Below, piece by piece: positions 1-10,490 of a DNA stretch of 64,000 nt (within the stretch, counting starts at the first letter, position 1; each line of letters starts with the position of its first letter). The notes beneath the pieces were generated by a model. That model saw only the letters and a list, made by a program, of their open reading frames with translations. It had not been told where the DNA came from and did no database searches. The translations under genes were made by a program, and so were the position numbers. Source of the DNA: Dehalococcoidia bacterium (lineage in GTDB: Bacteria > Chloroflexota > Dehalococcoidia > Lucifugimonadales > UBA3495); contig CBDANN010000005.1 in the NCBI GenBank assembly GCA_965197635.1, positions 50,219 through 114,218 of the forward strand, read 5' to 3'.

Positions 1-268
1 GGAAGATGTTGCGGGTGCCAGCGCGGCGGTACTCATAGTCCTGGCGTCGTGGACGCCCGGGCTGTGGAGGCAGCGGCTCCCGCAGATTGGTCAGAGATCA
101 GGGCCAGCAGTTGGGTGAAAGTCTCGTCAAAGCACACCACCGGTCGGTCTGGATCGTAGGGCTCAGCGTACAGATCCAGCACGTCCTCCATTGCCGCCAC
201 GAACTCCCCGCCTACCTTGGGGATGCACCACTGTTGCTTCCGCCAGGGCTTGAGGACGTTTTTTTGAG
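1..268 (-). CDS. IS630-family transposase, DDE part (partial, 3' end outside window)
   Basis: An alternate frame reads KKNVLKPWRKQQWCIPKVGGEFVAAMEDVLDLYAEPYDPDRPVVCFDETFTQLL. It joins orfA at an A7 run (T7 on the plus strand, 259-265), which is either a frameshift site or an error. Confidence 0.7.
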
Positions 269-757
269 CTTGAGCCGTACCGTCTCATACGTCAACGACG
301 TGACCAACCCCAACTCCACCATCCGGTCGGCCAGCAACTGCAACGTCCAGTGGTCGTGGCCCTCTGGCGCTGGCGAGCACGCCAGGGCAATCAGGCGGGC
401 CTCCCCTTTGTGGTCCACTTTGCGGAAACGGTTGGCCTGGATCCGGTCGTGCAACACCCCATCGAGACCTTCCTCGGCGTACCGCCGTTTGATGCGATAC
501 ACCGTGCCTGCGGACACGTCCAGAGCTTCCGCCACCTGCGGCGCCTTCCCGCCCTCAGCCACCTTGAGCAAAATCCGAGCGCGGGTGGCGATGCGCACCG
601 AGTGTTTCCCGCCTCGGATCAGTCGGTCAGCCGTCCCCGTTCCTCCTCCGTCAACTGTACACAGTATCTTTCCTGCGCCATGGCTGCTGCACCTCCCGGC
701 AACTCGATTTCGCAACCATCGTAGGGATTGCCACCATCGAACCCAAAGTACTTCCAA
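212..757 (-). CDS. IS630-family transposase, N-terminal HTH part (orfA)
   Basis: The ORF translation contains RILLKVAEGGKAPQVAEALDVSAGTVYRIKRRYAEEGLDGVL and HWTLQLLADRMVELGLV, typical of IS630/Tc1 N-terminal winged-helix domains. Confidence 0.8.
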   Translation of the reverse strand: MEVLWVRWWQSLRWLRNRVAGRCSSHGAGKILCTVDGGGTGTADRLIRGGKHSVRIATRARILLKVAEGGKAPQVAEALDVSAGTVYRIKRRYAEEGLDGVLHDRIQANRFRKVDHKGEARLIALACSPAPEGHDHWTLQLLADRMVELGLVTSLTYETVRLKLKKTSSSPGGSNSGASPR

Positions 758-863
758 TGCTAATTTGATCCAATACTAGCGCCCAGCAATCCGGTCGGGA
801 CGGCTCGCCTCGCCTACGAATACTGGTCCCAACATTGAGGAAGCAAGAGACACGCTCCGGCGA

Positions 864-1556
864 GTGATCTGGTCGCTGGCGGTCGGGGCGGCGGTGTTGG
901 CGGTGCTGGTGTTGGTCATCCTGTCATTCCTGATACCAAAGCAGGAAACTGCCCTAACCCGACCCCCCGTCAACATGGCAGACATCAAGGAGACTGCGGC
1001 TACAATCCGGGCTCAATTACCCGGCCCGACCCAAACTCCCGTCAATCTGGTCGACATCAAGGAGGACGCGATTCGGGCTCTCCTTGACGACAAAGGCCAT
1101 TTCATAGGCATGGACGGACGGCTGGCCCGGATTGCACAGGAACATGAAGGCGGCTTCGGTGGCTTCTATTTTGATGAGGACGACCGGAGCCATGCGTATG
1201 TCTATATGCTTGATCCCAACAGCGCGGAAGCAGCGAAAGCCGCGGTCACCGAAGCTTACGGAGAGAACTCGCGGTCAATCGCCAAAATAACCCCGGTACA
1301 AGGGGAATACTCATTCAACGACCTGGCCCGGTGGTTTTACGTCTTGGATCGGGTGTTGATAAGCGCCGGCATACCCCCATCCACCGGGGCGTTGTCAGAG
1401 CGCAAAAACCGCATCAGGTTCGGCATGAGAACCAAAGCCAAGATCAATCTGGCGCGGCAGGTCACCCGCGAAATCGGCATCCCCGAGGGTGAGGTAGTCT
1501 TCGTTCTATCGAACCCGCAGTTGCTCCCTTGCCTCCCGAAAGACCCGAATTGCTAA
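864..1556 (+). CDS. hypothetical membrane-anchored protein
   Basis: A 230-aa ORF with an N-terminal hydrophobic helix (LAVGAAVLAVLVLVILSFLI) and non-biased composition afterwards. I recognise no family. Confidence 0.5.
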   Translation: MIWSLAVGAAVLAVLVLVILSFLIPKQETALTRPPVNMADIKETAATIRAQLPGPTQTPVNLVDIKEDAIRALLDDKGHFIGMDGRLARIAQEHEGGFGGFYFDEDDRSHAYVYMLDPNSAEAAKAAVTEAYGENSRSIAKITPVQGEYSFNDLARWFYVLDRVLISAGIPPSTGALSERKNRIRFGMRTKAKINLARQVTREIGIPEGEVVFVLSNPQLLPCLPKDPNC

Positions 1557-2374
1557 ACAAAAAGCCACGGGGGGACGGATGGACCGGCCATCAAAGCCGC
1601 ACACACCGCGTCCGGGGGTCTAGCGAGCTGGCCGAGGCGTCATCTCCCGACAATACCCCGCCTACGGCGGCCGTTGCCAGCGGCGGCTCGTTTTGCAATC
1701 CCGAAGGCGAAACTCGTGTTGTCGCCGCGCCAATAGTCAACCCTCATCTCGTAGTCCGGCACGGCGGCGCGTACTTCGTCGCGGGACGGTTCTTTAGTTG
1801 AATTGGTCGTTTATGCCGCATTCTTTGTATTGGCGGTGGGATACCTCGCGGGGGCCCTCAATATCGTATCCTTATCACGACCGTTGTACCGACTACAAAA
1901 GCAACCCCTACTATCGCAAGAAACAATAAACGCCCCGGACACCACAGTGAAACTAAGTCAAACGGATAAACGTAGCAATCCCGCCAATTGAGCACCGCCA
2001 GCGCGGACATCGCTATAGCAGCGATAGACGCTTAGCATCGCGTCGTTCTCCGCCTGATTCTCGGATTTTCGTTGGTTCGGCGTGTGTCCGGAGTTCAGCC
2101 GAAGCTATTTGGGTAAAATCGTCATTTGCTCAATCGATCCGCGTTCGCTGGCACCAGTTCGCTACGGGTAAGATTGGCGCACATTCCCCTTTTTTGCCGG
2201 CCTTAATTTACCAAAGCTTAATTTTGCGGCAATACCTTCGCAACACCTGTCGCTTAGCGTAAAAGGCAGTCCCGTCGCCACAGGGGGAATTGCTCGATGA
2301 ACAAAGTCGAACCACCCGCGCTGAGGCGGTAAATTAGCGGAACGAGAACGTCGGCAAGCGTTTGAGGTGCTATC

Positions 2375-3655
2375 GTGCACAGGGGCGGTCCAATCGGGTC
2401 ACAGGTGCCCACCTTGCTGGGGTACCCTTTCAAGCTGGTTCGGGACCGGTTCTGGCGGGTCAGTTGGGCGGGGCTCCACGAGGTACGCTACATCGCCGAG
2501 GTCGCGGTCTGGCTGCGCTGGTTCGTGGCCGCGTTGTGCGTGTACGTCATAATCCAGCGTCCCTTCCCCTTTCCGGTCTTCCAGTACGCGTCCTACGGCG
2601 TGGCCATTGGCTCGCTGATTGTTCTCAACGGGTTCGTCCACTACCAGTTGTGGTCCGGTCGTCTTTTGAGCTGGCGGTGGGTGCTGGCGCTGCATGTCAT
2701 GGACATAGCGTTGGTGACGGCGGCGGTGTGGATTTCGGGAGGGCACTCCGCTCGGTTTTCCCACTTGTTGTACTACCCGACGCTGGCGGTTTTCGCCACG
2801 CTGTTCTCGTCGCTGAAGCTCAACCTGGCGTGGGTCACGTTGGTCGCCCTGACGTACGCTGTGGTGTCTCTTACGGTGGGAGAGGGAATTGATTGGGCTG
2901 CCCGAGAGGACATCACACTGGTCGCAAGGGTGGTGGTGATGTACATATTGGTGCTGGGGGTCAATCTGGTGGCCAGGTTCGAGCGAGCCGGCCGCTTGAG
3001 TGCGACCGAGCGGGAGCGCGCCTTGCAACAGGAGCGCATTGACCTCTCCCAATCGATCCACGACACGGCGGCCCAGTCGGTTTACATGATTGGCCTGGGA
3101 GTTGACAGCGCCCGGTCGCTGGCGGGGGACTACAACGCGCAACTGTCCGAGACGCTGGCATCCACGTCCCAGTTGTCCAGGTCGGTGATGTGGGAACTGA
3201 GACGCTCAATCGACATGGGTGGCATCTTCGAGGGCAGGGATTTGGGCTCCGTCCTGCGGGCGCACGCGGAGACGTTCCAGAGGATCACGATGGTTCCCAC
3301 CGCAATGTCGCAGTCTGGCGTGGAGCCGGCGCTGGGTTTGGACATCCGATCTCGGCTCTTTTCCGTCGCGCACAACGCTCTGACCAACGCCTTCCGGCAT
3401 GCCGATGCGCGGCGGGTGGACGTGGCGCTGGATTTCAGCGAAGACTGCATCCGCCTGAGGGTGGCGGACGACGGGGTGGGGCTTCCCGATGACTACGCCG
3501 AGCGCGGCCGGGGTTTTGTGGGCATGCGGGCGGAAGCGGAGCGGATGGGCGGTTGGTTGACGGTGACTTCGGGCGGACCCGGTAAGGGAACTTCGGTGAG
3601 TTGCGTGGTTCCCATTGATGCGACCAGAGGGCTGGGCCCAACGGGCCCGAACTGA
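2375..3655 (+). CDS. sensor histidine kinase (membrane N-terminus, HisKA_3 + HATPase_c)
   Basis: Several N-terminal TM helices. H-box LSQSIHDTAAQSVY, N-box AHNALTNAFRHA and G-boxes DDGVGLP / GFVGMRAEAERMGG. It lies directly upstream of a NarL-type regulator. The start codon is uncertain. Confidence 0.85.
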   Translation: MHRGGPIGSQVPTLLGYPFKLVRDRFWRVSWAGLHEVRYIAEVAVWLRWFVAALCVYVIIQRPFPFPVFQYASYGVAIGSLIVLNGFVHYQLWSGRLLSWRWVLALHVMDIALVTAAVWISGGHSARFSHLLYYPTLAVFATLFSSLKLNLAWVTLVALTYAVVSLTVGEGIDWAAREDITLVARVVVMYILVLGVNLVARFERAGRLSATERERALQQERIDLSQSIHDTAAQSVYMIGLGVDSARSLAGDYNAQLSETLASTSQLSRSVMWELRRSIDMGGIFEGRDLGSVLRAHAETFQRITMVPTAMSQSGVEPALGLDIRSRLFSVAHNALTNAFRHADARRVDVALDFSEDCIRLRVADDGVGLPDDYAERGRGFVGMRAEAERMGGWLTVTSGGPGKGTSVSCVVPIDATRGLGPTGPN

Positions 3656-3667
3656 CCGGAGGGTGAC

Positions 3668-4330
3668 ATGTCTGAAGACGGGCGATTCCAGGTCATGGTG
3701 GTGGACGACCATCCCCTGTTGAGAGACGGTCTGCGGCGGGTGCTGGAGAACACCGGCGAGTTTGAGGTGGTGGGGCAGGCTGCCGACGGTGAGGAGGCGG
3801 TGACACTGGCCCGGGACCTCCGCCCGGATGTCGTCATAATGGACCTGATCATGCCGGGAAAGGACGGGGTAGCAGCTTGCCGTGAGATCGTGGAGTTGCT
3901 GCCTGACGCCCGGGTGCTGATGCTGACGGCATCCACGGATGACGATGCGGTCATCTCGTCGGTGGCCGCCGGGGCGACGGGGTACGTCGTCAAGGACGCC
4001 AGTCTGCTGGAACTCCTGGAAGCGGTAAGGGACGTGGCGCAGGGCCGGGTCCGGATACCGCTTTCTGTTCTGAGACGGGCCTGCGCCGTAGCGGATGTCC
4101 AGTCCGAGCCCGGTCGCGAGCGGAACTCCCGAATGCTGACAGAGCGGGAGCGGGATGTGCTGGCGATGTTCGCCAGTGGGAGTACCTACGCGGACATCGC
4201 GGGCGCGCAGAACGTCAGCTCCTCCACCGCCCGTAACATCATCTACCGCATTCAGGATAAAGTGGGGACGGGCTCCCGGCGTGGCCTGGTGGCTTGGGCG
4301 GTGCGCAACGGACTGCTGGATGACGACTAA
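3668..4330 (+). CDS. response regulator, NarL/LuxR family
   Basis: Receiver motifs VMVVDDHPL and PDVVIMDLIMPGKDG. C-terminal LuxR HTH LTERERDVLAMFASGSTYADIAGAQNVSSSTARNIIYRI. Confidence 0.9.
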   Translation: MSEDGRFQVMVVDDHPLLRDGLRRVLENTGEFEVVGQAADGEEAVTLARDLRPDVVIMDLIMPGKDGVAACREIVELLPDARVLMLTASTDDDAVISSVAAGATGYVVKDASLLELLEAVRDVAQGRVRIPLSVLRRACAVADVQSEPGRERNSRMLTERERDVLAMFASGSTYADIAGAQNVSSSTARNIIYRIQDKVGTGSRRGLVAWAVRNGLLDDD

Positions 4331-4337
4331 ACCAATA

Positions 4338-4470
4338 CCAAGGTGGGATGTGCATTTCGGGATCTTGAAGCCGTCAGAAAGGACTCCACAGCTCCTCATG
4401 CCACCTTCAGCCCCAACTGGGGTCGCCACTGACGGTGCGGTCTAGCAATATGTACATTTCACCTTGGCTT
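4338..4470. mobile_element. 133-bp MITE of IS630/Tc1-mariner type
   Basis: TIRs CCAAGGTGGGATGTGCA (4338-) and the reverse complement of TGTACATTTCACCTTGG (-4470), flanked by TA at 4336-4337 and 4471-4472. The TIRs match those of the IS630 copy at 39594-40815. No ORF. Confidence 0.8.
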
Positions 4471-4533
4471 TAGTTTAGCAGCCCGTCTGAGGATTGACGG
4501 TGGGTGTGGATGGGACCGTGTGATCGGGACGGT

Positions 4534-5702
4534 TCACACGGTTAGCGGGCTTGGCGACGTGGGACCGAGGGGCAGGCGGCAGCTGCGGAAGAGCTTGAGC
4601 AGGTTGTGGCCGGTGCAGATCAGCGACCATTCGCCCTGAACCTTCTCCAATCCCCACAGCAGGAACTGCCGGAAGCCTCGCCCCTGTTTGATCTGGCCGA
4701 ATACCGGCTCCACCGTCTCCATGCGTAACGCATAACGCTGACGACCCCGCCTGGTCTGCGGCTTGCGGCGCATCCGGTCCCGGGGAGAGCGATGGTTGGG
4801 TATCCGTCCCTTGGGCGCCGGCGGCGGTCTGTGCCCGTGGCGGGTCCGCTCCGGCGCGACGAAGGGGTCCACCACCCAGGGCCGATAGCTCTGCAAGCGC
4901 CTTTGCCGAGTAGTAACCGGCGTCGGCGGAAACCTCTCAGGGCACCGCACCGGCGTTGTGGATGGCTTCCTCAATCATCGTTACCGCCTGCTGCTTGTCC
5001 GATGCCTGATCGGTGGCTCTGGCCGCCACGATCACCTGGTGCTCATGGTCCACCACCGCCTGGCAGTTGTAGGCCGGCAGGAAGTCCTGGCCGCCGGGCC
5101 CAGGCATGATGCGAGACTCCGGATCGGTGAAGTTGCGCTGGGCCTTGTCCTCGGGCACGCCAGGATGCTCTTTGCCTTCGGCCTCGGCCTGTTCAGCAGC
5201 AGCCTGCGTCTCGGCTTCCAACGCTGCCAGGGCCTCTCTTATCTTCTCCAACCGCCCCTCCCGAAAGGCCAACTCCTCCGGTAACTCATCACCGCGTTTG
5301 TCCCTGCCATACCGGCGGCCTTCTTCCTCATCCACCGCCTGGGCGCGGCGCAGCAACTCCGGGCACCTCCGCCTCCAACCGCTCCCGCTTCTCCTTCATT
5401 GGCTGATAGCTCATGGCCTGGTGCTTCGATGCATTGGCCCTGACCTTGGTGCCGTCCAAGGCCACATGGCCCAACTTCACCAGTCCCTCACGCTGGCACA
5501 ACAACAGCACCTGTAGAAACAGTCCCGACAGCGCACACAGCTGGTCCTTGCGAAAGTCCGAGATGGTGCGGAAATCAGGCGTGTTGTTCGCCGCCAGCAC
5601 CCGGAAGGCGATGTCCTCATGCAGTCTGGCGGCAATCCGCCTTGATGATGGCACCCCGATGCAATAGGCATACAGTAGCACCTTCACCATCATCTTGGGA
5701 TG
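4534..5702 (-). pseudogene. IS1182-family transposase, C-terminal three quarters, frameshifted
   Basis: Three overlapping frames (4534-4974, 4937-5356, 5328-5816) read HPKMMVKVLLYAYCIGVPSSRRIA..., ALDGTKVRANASKH, FLPAYNCQAVVD and METVEPVFGQIKQGRGFRQFLLWGLEKV. Confidence 0.8.
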
Positions 5703-5836
5703 TGTAAAACGCCAAGAACTATATACCGGTAATCTGCGAAATCGCCACGAACTATAGACCAGTTCGCCAAGGTCTATGACCACCGGTGGGCGCCAACGAG
5801 GCGACCATGGCCGCACTTCGATTTTGAGGTGCAGCG

Positions 5837-7411
5837 ATGGCGTACAAGGAGGTGCTCAGAGTGGAAATACAGGAAGTGATCCGCCGCTGGCAGGCGGGAA
5901 ACAGCCAACGGCAAATAGCGGATGGGACGGCCTGTCGCGGGCGACGGTGCGCAAGTATCTGTCGGCGGCGACAGAGGAGGGGATTGCCCAGGAGGGACCG
6001 GCTCCCAGCGAAGCGCAGTTGAGCCGTTTGGTTGGGATCAGCCGGGCTGGGCCGCGGCAAGTGGAGACGCCGGTTGAAGACAGCCTGGCTCCCTGGGGTG
6101 ACCAGATCTACCAGTGGCTCACCGGCGACCGGTTGCAGGTTACGCGCGTCCAGGAGTTGCTGGCGGCGCGGGGCTGTACGGTGTCGTACACGTCGTTACG
6201 TCGGTTCATCAGGAAGCGCAACTGGGGACGGCGGAGCGTCCGCACGGTGCGGATGGCCGATACCGAACCGGGAGAGGTGGCGGAGGCGGACTTCGGCCGG
6301 CTGGGGATGATCACCGATCCGGCCACGGGCAAGCGCAAGGTGGTGTGGGCGCTGATCATCGTGCTGTCGTACTCGCGGCACTGCTTGGTCTGGCCGACGC
6401 ACCGCCAGAAGCTGGAAGACGTTATCGCCGGTCTGGAAGCGGCGTGGGCGTTTTTCGGCGGCGTGCCCCGCTACCTGGTCATCGACAATTTCCCCGCCGC
6501 TGTAGCAGGACCGGACCCACTGCATCCGCGATTGACCCGGGGCTTTCTGGAATACTCCCAGCACCGGGGTTTCGTCGCCGATCCGGCCCGAGCCCGTCAT
6601 CCCAAGGACAAGCCCAAGGTCGAGCGGAGCGTTTCCTACGTGAGGGAGCGCCTCTTCAAGGGCGGCGATTTCAACGGGCTGGCCCACCTGCGCACTGAAG
6701 CCCAGCGCTGGTGCCTGGAGGTGGCTGGCCAACGGGTCCATGGCACCACGCGCAAGAAGCCGCCGGTGGTATTCCAGGATGCAGAGCGTCACGCCCTGTT
6801 GTCTTGGGACGGCGATCCCTACGAGATCACCCACTGGCGCACCGCCAAGGTGCATCCCGACCATCACGTGGCCTGCCAGTACGCGCTGTACTCAGTGCCA
6901 TCGTCGGTCTGCCCACCGGGTCAGAAGGTGGAGATCAGGCTGGACAGCAAGCTAGTGCGCATCTACCACCGGGGCAAACTGGTCAAGATCCACCAGCGTC
7001 AGGCCAAAGGCGGCCGCGCCACCGACCCTGACGATTATCCCGCCGAGCTCACCGCCTACACCATGAAGGCTCCGGACCGGGTCAAGCGCAGCGCGGTGCT
7101 GCAGGGACCGGCGGTAGCCCAATTCGCCGAACGGCTCTTCGACGACCAGCATCCCTGGTCCCAGATCAGGCAGGGCCACCAGGCAGGGCCACAAGCTCAT
7201 CCGTCTGGGCGAGCGCTACACACCCCAGCGTCTCGATGCCGCCCGTCAGCGTGCCCTGGACGTGGACCTCATCGACGTGCGTCGCGTGGAACGCATCCTG
7301 GTGCAGGCTCTGGAAGAGGAGGCCACTCCACAACTGCCATTGCCAATACCAGCCGGTCGTTTCGCCAGACCCGGCTCAGTCTTCGCCCATGCCACCGGAA
7401 GTCGATCATGA
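5837..7411 (+). pseudogene. istA: IS21 transposase IstA, two frameshifts
   Basis: MAYKEVLRVEIQEVIRRWQAGNSQRQIA, then a frame change near 5920, then ...VWALIIVLSYSRH...VIDNFPAAV...KDKPKVERSV. A 13-bp tandem duplication GGCAGGGCCAC(C/A)A at 7169-7194 shifts the frame before the C-terminal GHKLIRLGERYTPQRLDAA. Confidence 0.85.
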
Positions 7412-8173
7412 CCCGAGTACCCGAACTCACGCCTCTGCTCAAGCGTCTACAACTGGGACCCATGGCCGCCACCCTGCCCGAACGCATCGCCCTGGCCCGC
7501 CGTGAACAGCTGGACTACGCATCATTTCTGGAGATCATCCTCAGCGATGAGGTCAACCGCCGCGCCCACCGCCGCACCGAACTGCGATTGAACAACGCCG
7601 GTTTCGAGGAAACCTGCCGGCTGGAGGACTTCGACTGGTCGGCGTCGATTACCCTGGACCGTCGGCTCCTGGATGCCGTTTTCTCCCTGGAGTTTCTCGA
7701 CAAGCACGAGCACGTCCTCCTGGTGGGACCGGCCGGTGTTGGCAAGAGCTTTCTCGCGCAGGCCCTGGGCTATTCCGCCATCCGTGCCGGACACACCGTG
7801 CGCTTCGTCCACGCCGACGACTTCTTCAAGGCCATGGCCCAGGCTCGGGTCGACAACTCGCTGGACCGTACCTTACTCCTTCCTCGCGCCCGATCTCCTC
7901 ATCATCGACGACCTCGGTCTGCACCGGCTCACCCCACAGCAGTCCGCTGATCTCTACGAGCTCATCCTCAATCGCCACCGGTCGTCCAGCTTCATCATCA
8001 CCAGCAACCGGGCCGTGGACGAATGGCTCAGCCTCTTCAACGATCCTATCCTCGGCAACAGCGCTCTCGACCGCCTGGCCAACGCCAGCTACCAGATCGT
8101 CATCGAGGGCGCCAGCTACCGGGAACGGCTGTCGCCACACCGCGCCTTGCTGGGCACGCAAGGAGGTGATTGA
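7408..8173 (+). pseudogene. istB: IS21 helper ATPase IstB, one frameshift
   Basis: ATGA overlap with the istA stop. Walker A LLVGPAGVGKSF; Walker B LLIIDDLG appears only after a frame change near 7870. Confidence 0.85.
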
Positions 8174-8271
8174 CCGGGAAACCACAAACTGATATTGATC
8201 AAAATCGCCACGCGCCCAAGGTGGTACATAGTCCTTGGCGATCACTGCCTCAATGTCCGCGGCGTTTCACA

Positions 8272-8453
8272 GGGATGTAGGGTGGACCGCCCCGCCTTTC
8301 GCCCTCGTAGCGGGCGGTGATCTCAGAGAGATCCAACTGGTCCACGATGTCGGAGATGGAATAGGCCAGGTGGTCCTCGGGCAGCCACTCCCGCAAGGCT
8401 GCCGGCAGCAGCAACTGCTGGTCTGGGTCATAAGGTAAATAGGTCTTGCTCAT
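8272..8453 (-). pseudogene. IS1182-family transposase, N-terminal ~60 codons
   Basis: MSKTYLPYDPDQQLLLPAALREWLPEDHLAYSISDIVDQLDLSEI...GGPPY abuts the IS21 right end. The continuation HPKMMVKV lies at about 5700. Confidence 0.8.
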
Positions 8454-9268
8454 CGATGCCTTCCCGCGATTGGACTGCCCCCATCATACCCTCCACCACT
8501 CACAACCTGTTCCTCGGACAGGCCGCTAGGCCAGAGCATGGTAGCTGACCCGCAGTCCAGTCCCGGCCCGTAACCTGGATGGGACACTTGGGAGGGAGGC
8601 AATACGATAGCCGCCCACAACGGTTATTCTGCGAGCGGCCAAACTAAAGGGGGTGTCGAGCGGATGCCACACTACGCGACACGATTATTCTAAATGGGCG
8701 GTGAGTACTCCGCAATGCAGGCCGGAGCTGTCTCCGCCGTTTCCGCCGATGACGTGGCATCCCAGCGACGCACGGACCGCTATAATCCGCTGCACCCGGC
8801 CAGGCGACACAATCGGTGGGCAAGTCCACTGCAGGCGGCCAGCCGTTGGTCAGCCGCCTCGCCCGCAGTGGTAAGACCATTCTATGTGCCCGCTCCCACT
8901 GGCGTAAGGGGCAAGTGTCACCAAAATCCAGTCGGCTGGCTGCAGACTGGGCCAGGGTCTGCGGCGATGGGTTGCAATGCCCCTGCGATTTGAGCGAATG
9001 TCAGACGAATCGCTGCTTGGCCCAGCCCTGCTCAAAAGTCGTGTGGAAGATGGGAGCCGACTTCTTGCTCTGATACATCCACTTGCCGTCAACTCGGATG
9101 TATTTCTTCTCGTCGCGACCGGCGCGCCACCCGCTCCGTCCGCGTGGACTGCGGCGCCACGAAGTTCCGCATCGGCGTGCTCCCCTGACTGAGCGTTCAC
9201 CAGGCCATCATTGAGCTGAACCTGGTCATGACCTCCCGTTTGTGGCTGTCCGCAAGGGCCCGGCGCGT

Positions 9269-10280
9269 TTAGCGCGGAGGCACTATGCTCACCCTCACGG
9301 CGACAATTCCTCTTTCCTGCCACGCTCCGGCACGAAAATCAGGGCGGCTCCTCAGGTTGCCGATCACGTTGGATGTCCTGCTCATACCCGCAGCATTCCA
9401 ATGACGAACCCCACGTCGACCGTCGCGGTAGGACACCTCAATCCAGGCCTCCTTGCTTCGAAACAACTCCTCCAGAAAATCCCCGTGATCCGGAGGATCC
9501 AGGTCGATGGGAAGGGTGTCCCCACGGCTTCCGCCGGGCCCCGACGCCTCACTGACCTCGCGTGGCCGCCACAAGATCCTCACCGGATCGCCTTCCAGTG
9601 CGGCGCTCAGGTCCAGCCCCGGGTCCTCCACGAAATCCGGACGCTCACAGACGAGACGGGGTTTTGGGAAAAGAAAAGATCCCACGACGCCTGACGGACG
9701 GCCCTCTGGAGCTCGACGTAGGGATGCTGGTCTTCCGTCAGCATCCCGGCCCAGAACGGAATGTAGCACAGGTTCCACCCGGCGGTGAACGCCTCCGGAT
9801 TGTGCGTGTTGCCCCAGATGTGGCGTATTCCGTAACCGGATCCCCGCGCCAATCTGTGGCCAGTGTATCGCTCCCAGGCCATCTGGGCTCGCGAGTTGTC
9901 GTCGAGGATTACCTCGCGTCCGTCTCCGGCATCCCAGGTTGCCTGGGCTCCTTTGTCCAGGTTCGGATAGTGCTCGCGACTGCGCCTGGCCCGGTCCGGA
10001 AAGAACGGGGTTCTCTCCCGAACCACGTCAGGATGCACGAAGTACGTATGAGTGAACGCCGCCTGAACGATGGACGTTGTAACTGTTCAGACTTGTGGGG
10101 CTCCGCGGGCTTTTTGACCCCCGATGCAGCAGTGGCCAAGTACGGAATCGCACCGGTGGGCCGACCAGATCCCCTCAAACGTGAACAGTTACTGGACGTT
10201 CCCCCTTTCCGGAAATACTCTTCCAGAGACCTGATCGCGGAGACCGCTCCTTCCGCATGAACCCGCACTCTGATCGTCAT
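9269..10280 (-). pseudogene. hypothetical protein, apparently frameshifted (at least 2 frame changes)
   Basis: Three overlapping minus-strand ORFs (9909-10280, 9607-10038, 9269-9778) continue one another. The best-looking stretch is GYGIRHIWGNTHNPEAFTAGWNLCYIPFWAGMLTEDQHPYVELQ. I recognise no family. Confidence 0.4.
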
Positions 10281-10490
10281 TGCTATTCCCTCCGCAACCG
10301 GCGCTGCCCCGGGCCATACGATTGGCCCATCGTCATTGACGCGGCGTGAAATACGGCCATGAACATGGCCGAATGCGTTATGAGCAGGGCATCATCATGC
10401 TCGCTCGCGCAGCGGATTATTCTAACGTCCCGTAAAGTCCGCCTTCCTCGCTACAGTATGAGTTGGCCAGCGCCGCCCCAGGTGAACATC

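Larger units (their letters stand above)
1..776 (-). mobile_element. IS630-family insertion sequence, copy A (element continues beyond window start)
   Basis: HTH and DDE transposase segments lie on the minus strand. The terminus ...GATCCAATAC at 776 is followed by TA (777-778). The last ~114 bp (663-776) recur near-identically (about 4 mismatches) at 39472-39586. Confidence 0.8.
5703..8271 (+). mobile_element. IS21-family IS nested inside the IS1182 transposase gene
   Basis: TIRs TGTAAAACGCC (5703-) and the reverse complement of GGCGTTTCACA (-8271). 6-bp TSD GGGATG at 5697-5702 and 8272-8277. The left end carries repeated CGCCA(A/C)GAACTATA boxes. Order is istA then istB. Confidence 0.9.
4482..8523 (-). 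mobile_element. IS1182-family IS, interrupted by an IS21 element
   Basis: Transposase pieces lie on the minus strand on both sides of the IS21 insertion. Imperfect terminal repeats: CCCGTCTGAGGA..GGTGGGTGTGGA (4482-) and the reverse complement of TCCACCACTCACAACCTGTTCCTCGGACAGG (-8523). Ends are approximate. Confidence 0.65.

Noticed and set aside
3206-4429. 407-aa minus-strand ORF antisense to the kinase/regulator pair
   Set aside because: It overlaps two genes with clear family motifs. Its composition is dominated by R, P, G and H, as expected for antisense frames in GC-rich DNA.
5776-7950. 724-aa ORF that looks like one huge IS21 protein
   Set aside because: It is a chance fusion of the middle of istA, an out-of-frame stretch and most of istB. 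The true istA stop and istB start overlap at 7408-7411.
8524-9268. RNase P RNA, tmRNA, a group II intron or a retron in the ORF-free gap
   Set aside because: None of the signatures I know is present: GAGGAAAGUCC for RNase P, the tRNA-like ends for tmRNA, GUGYG with a domain V motif for group II introns, or an adjacent RT gene for retrons.
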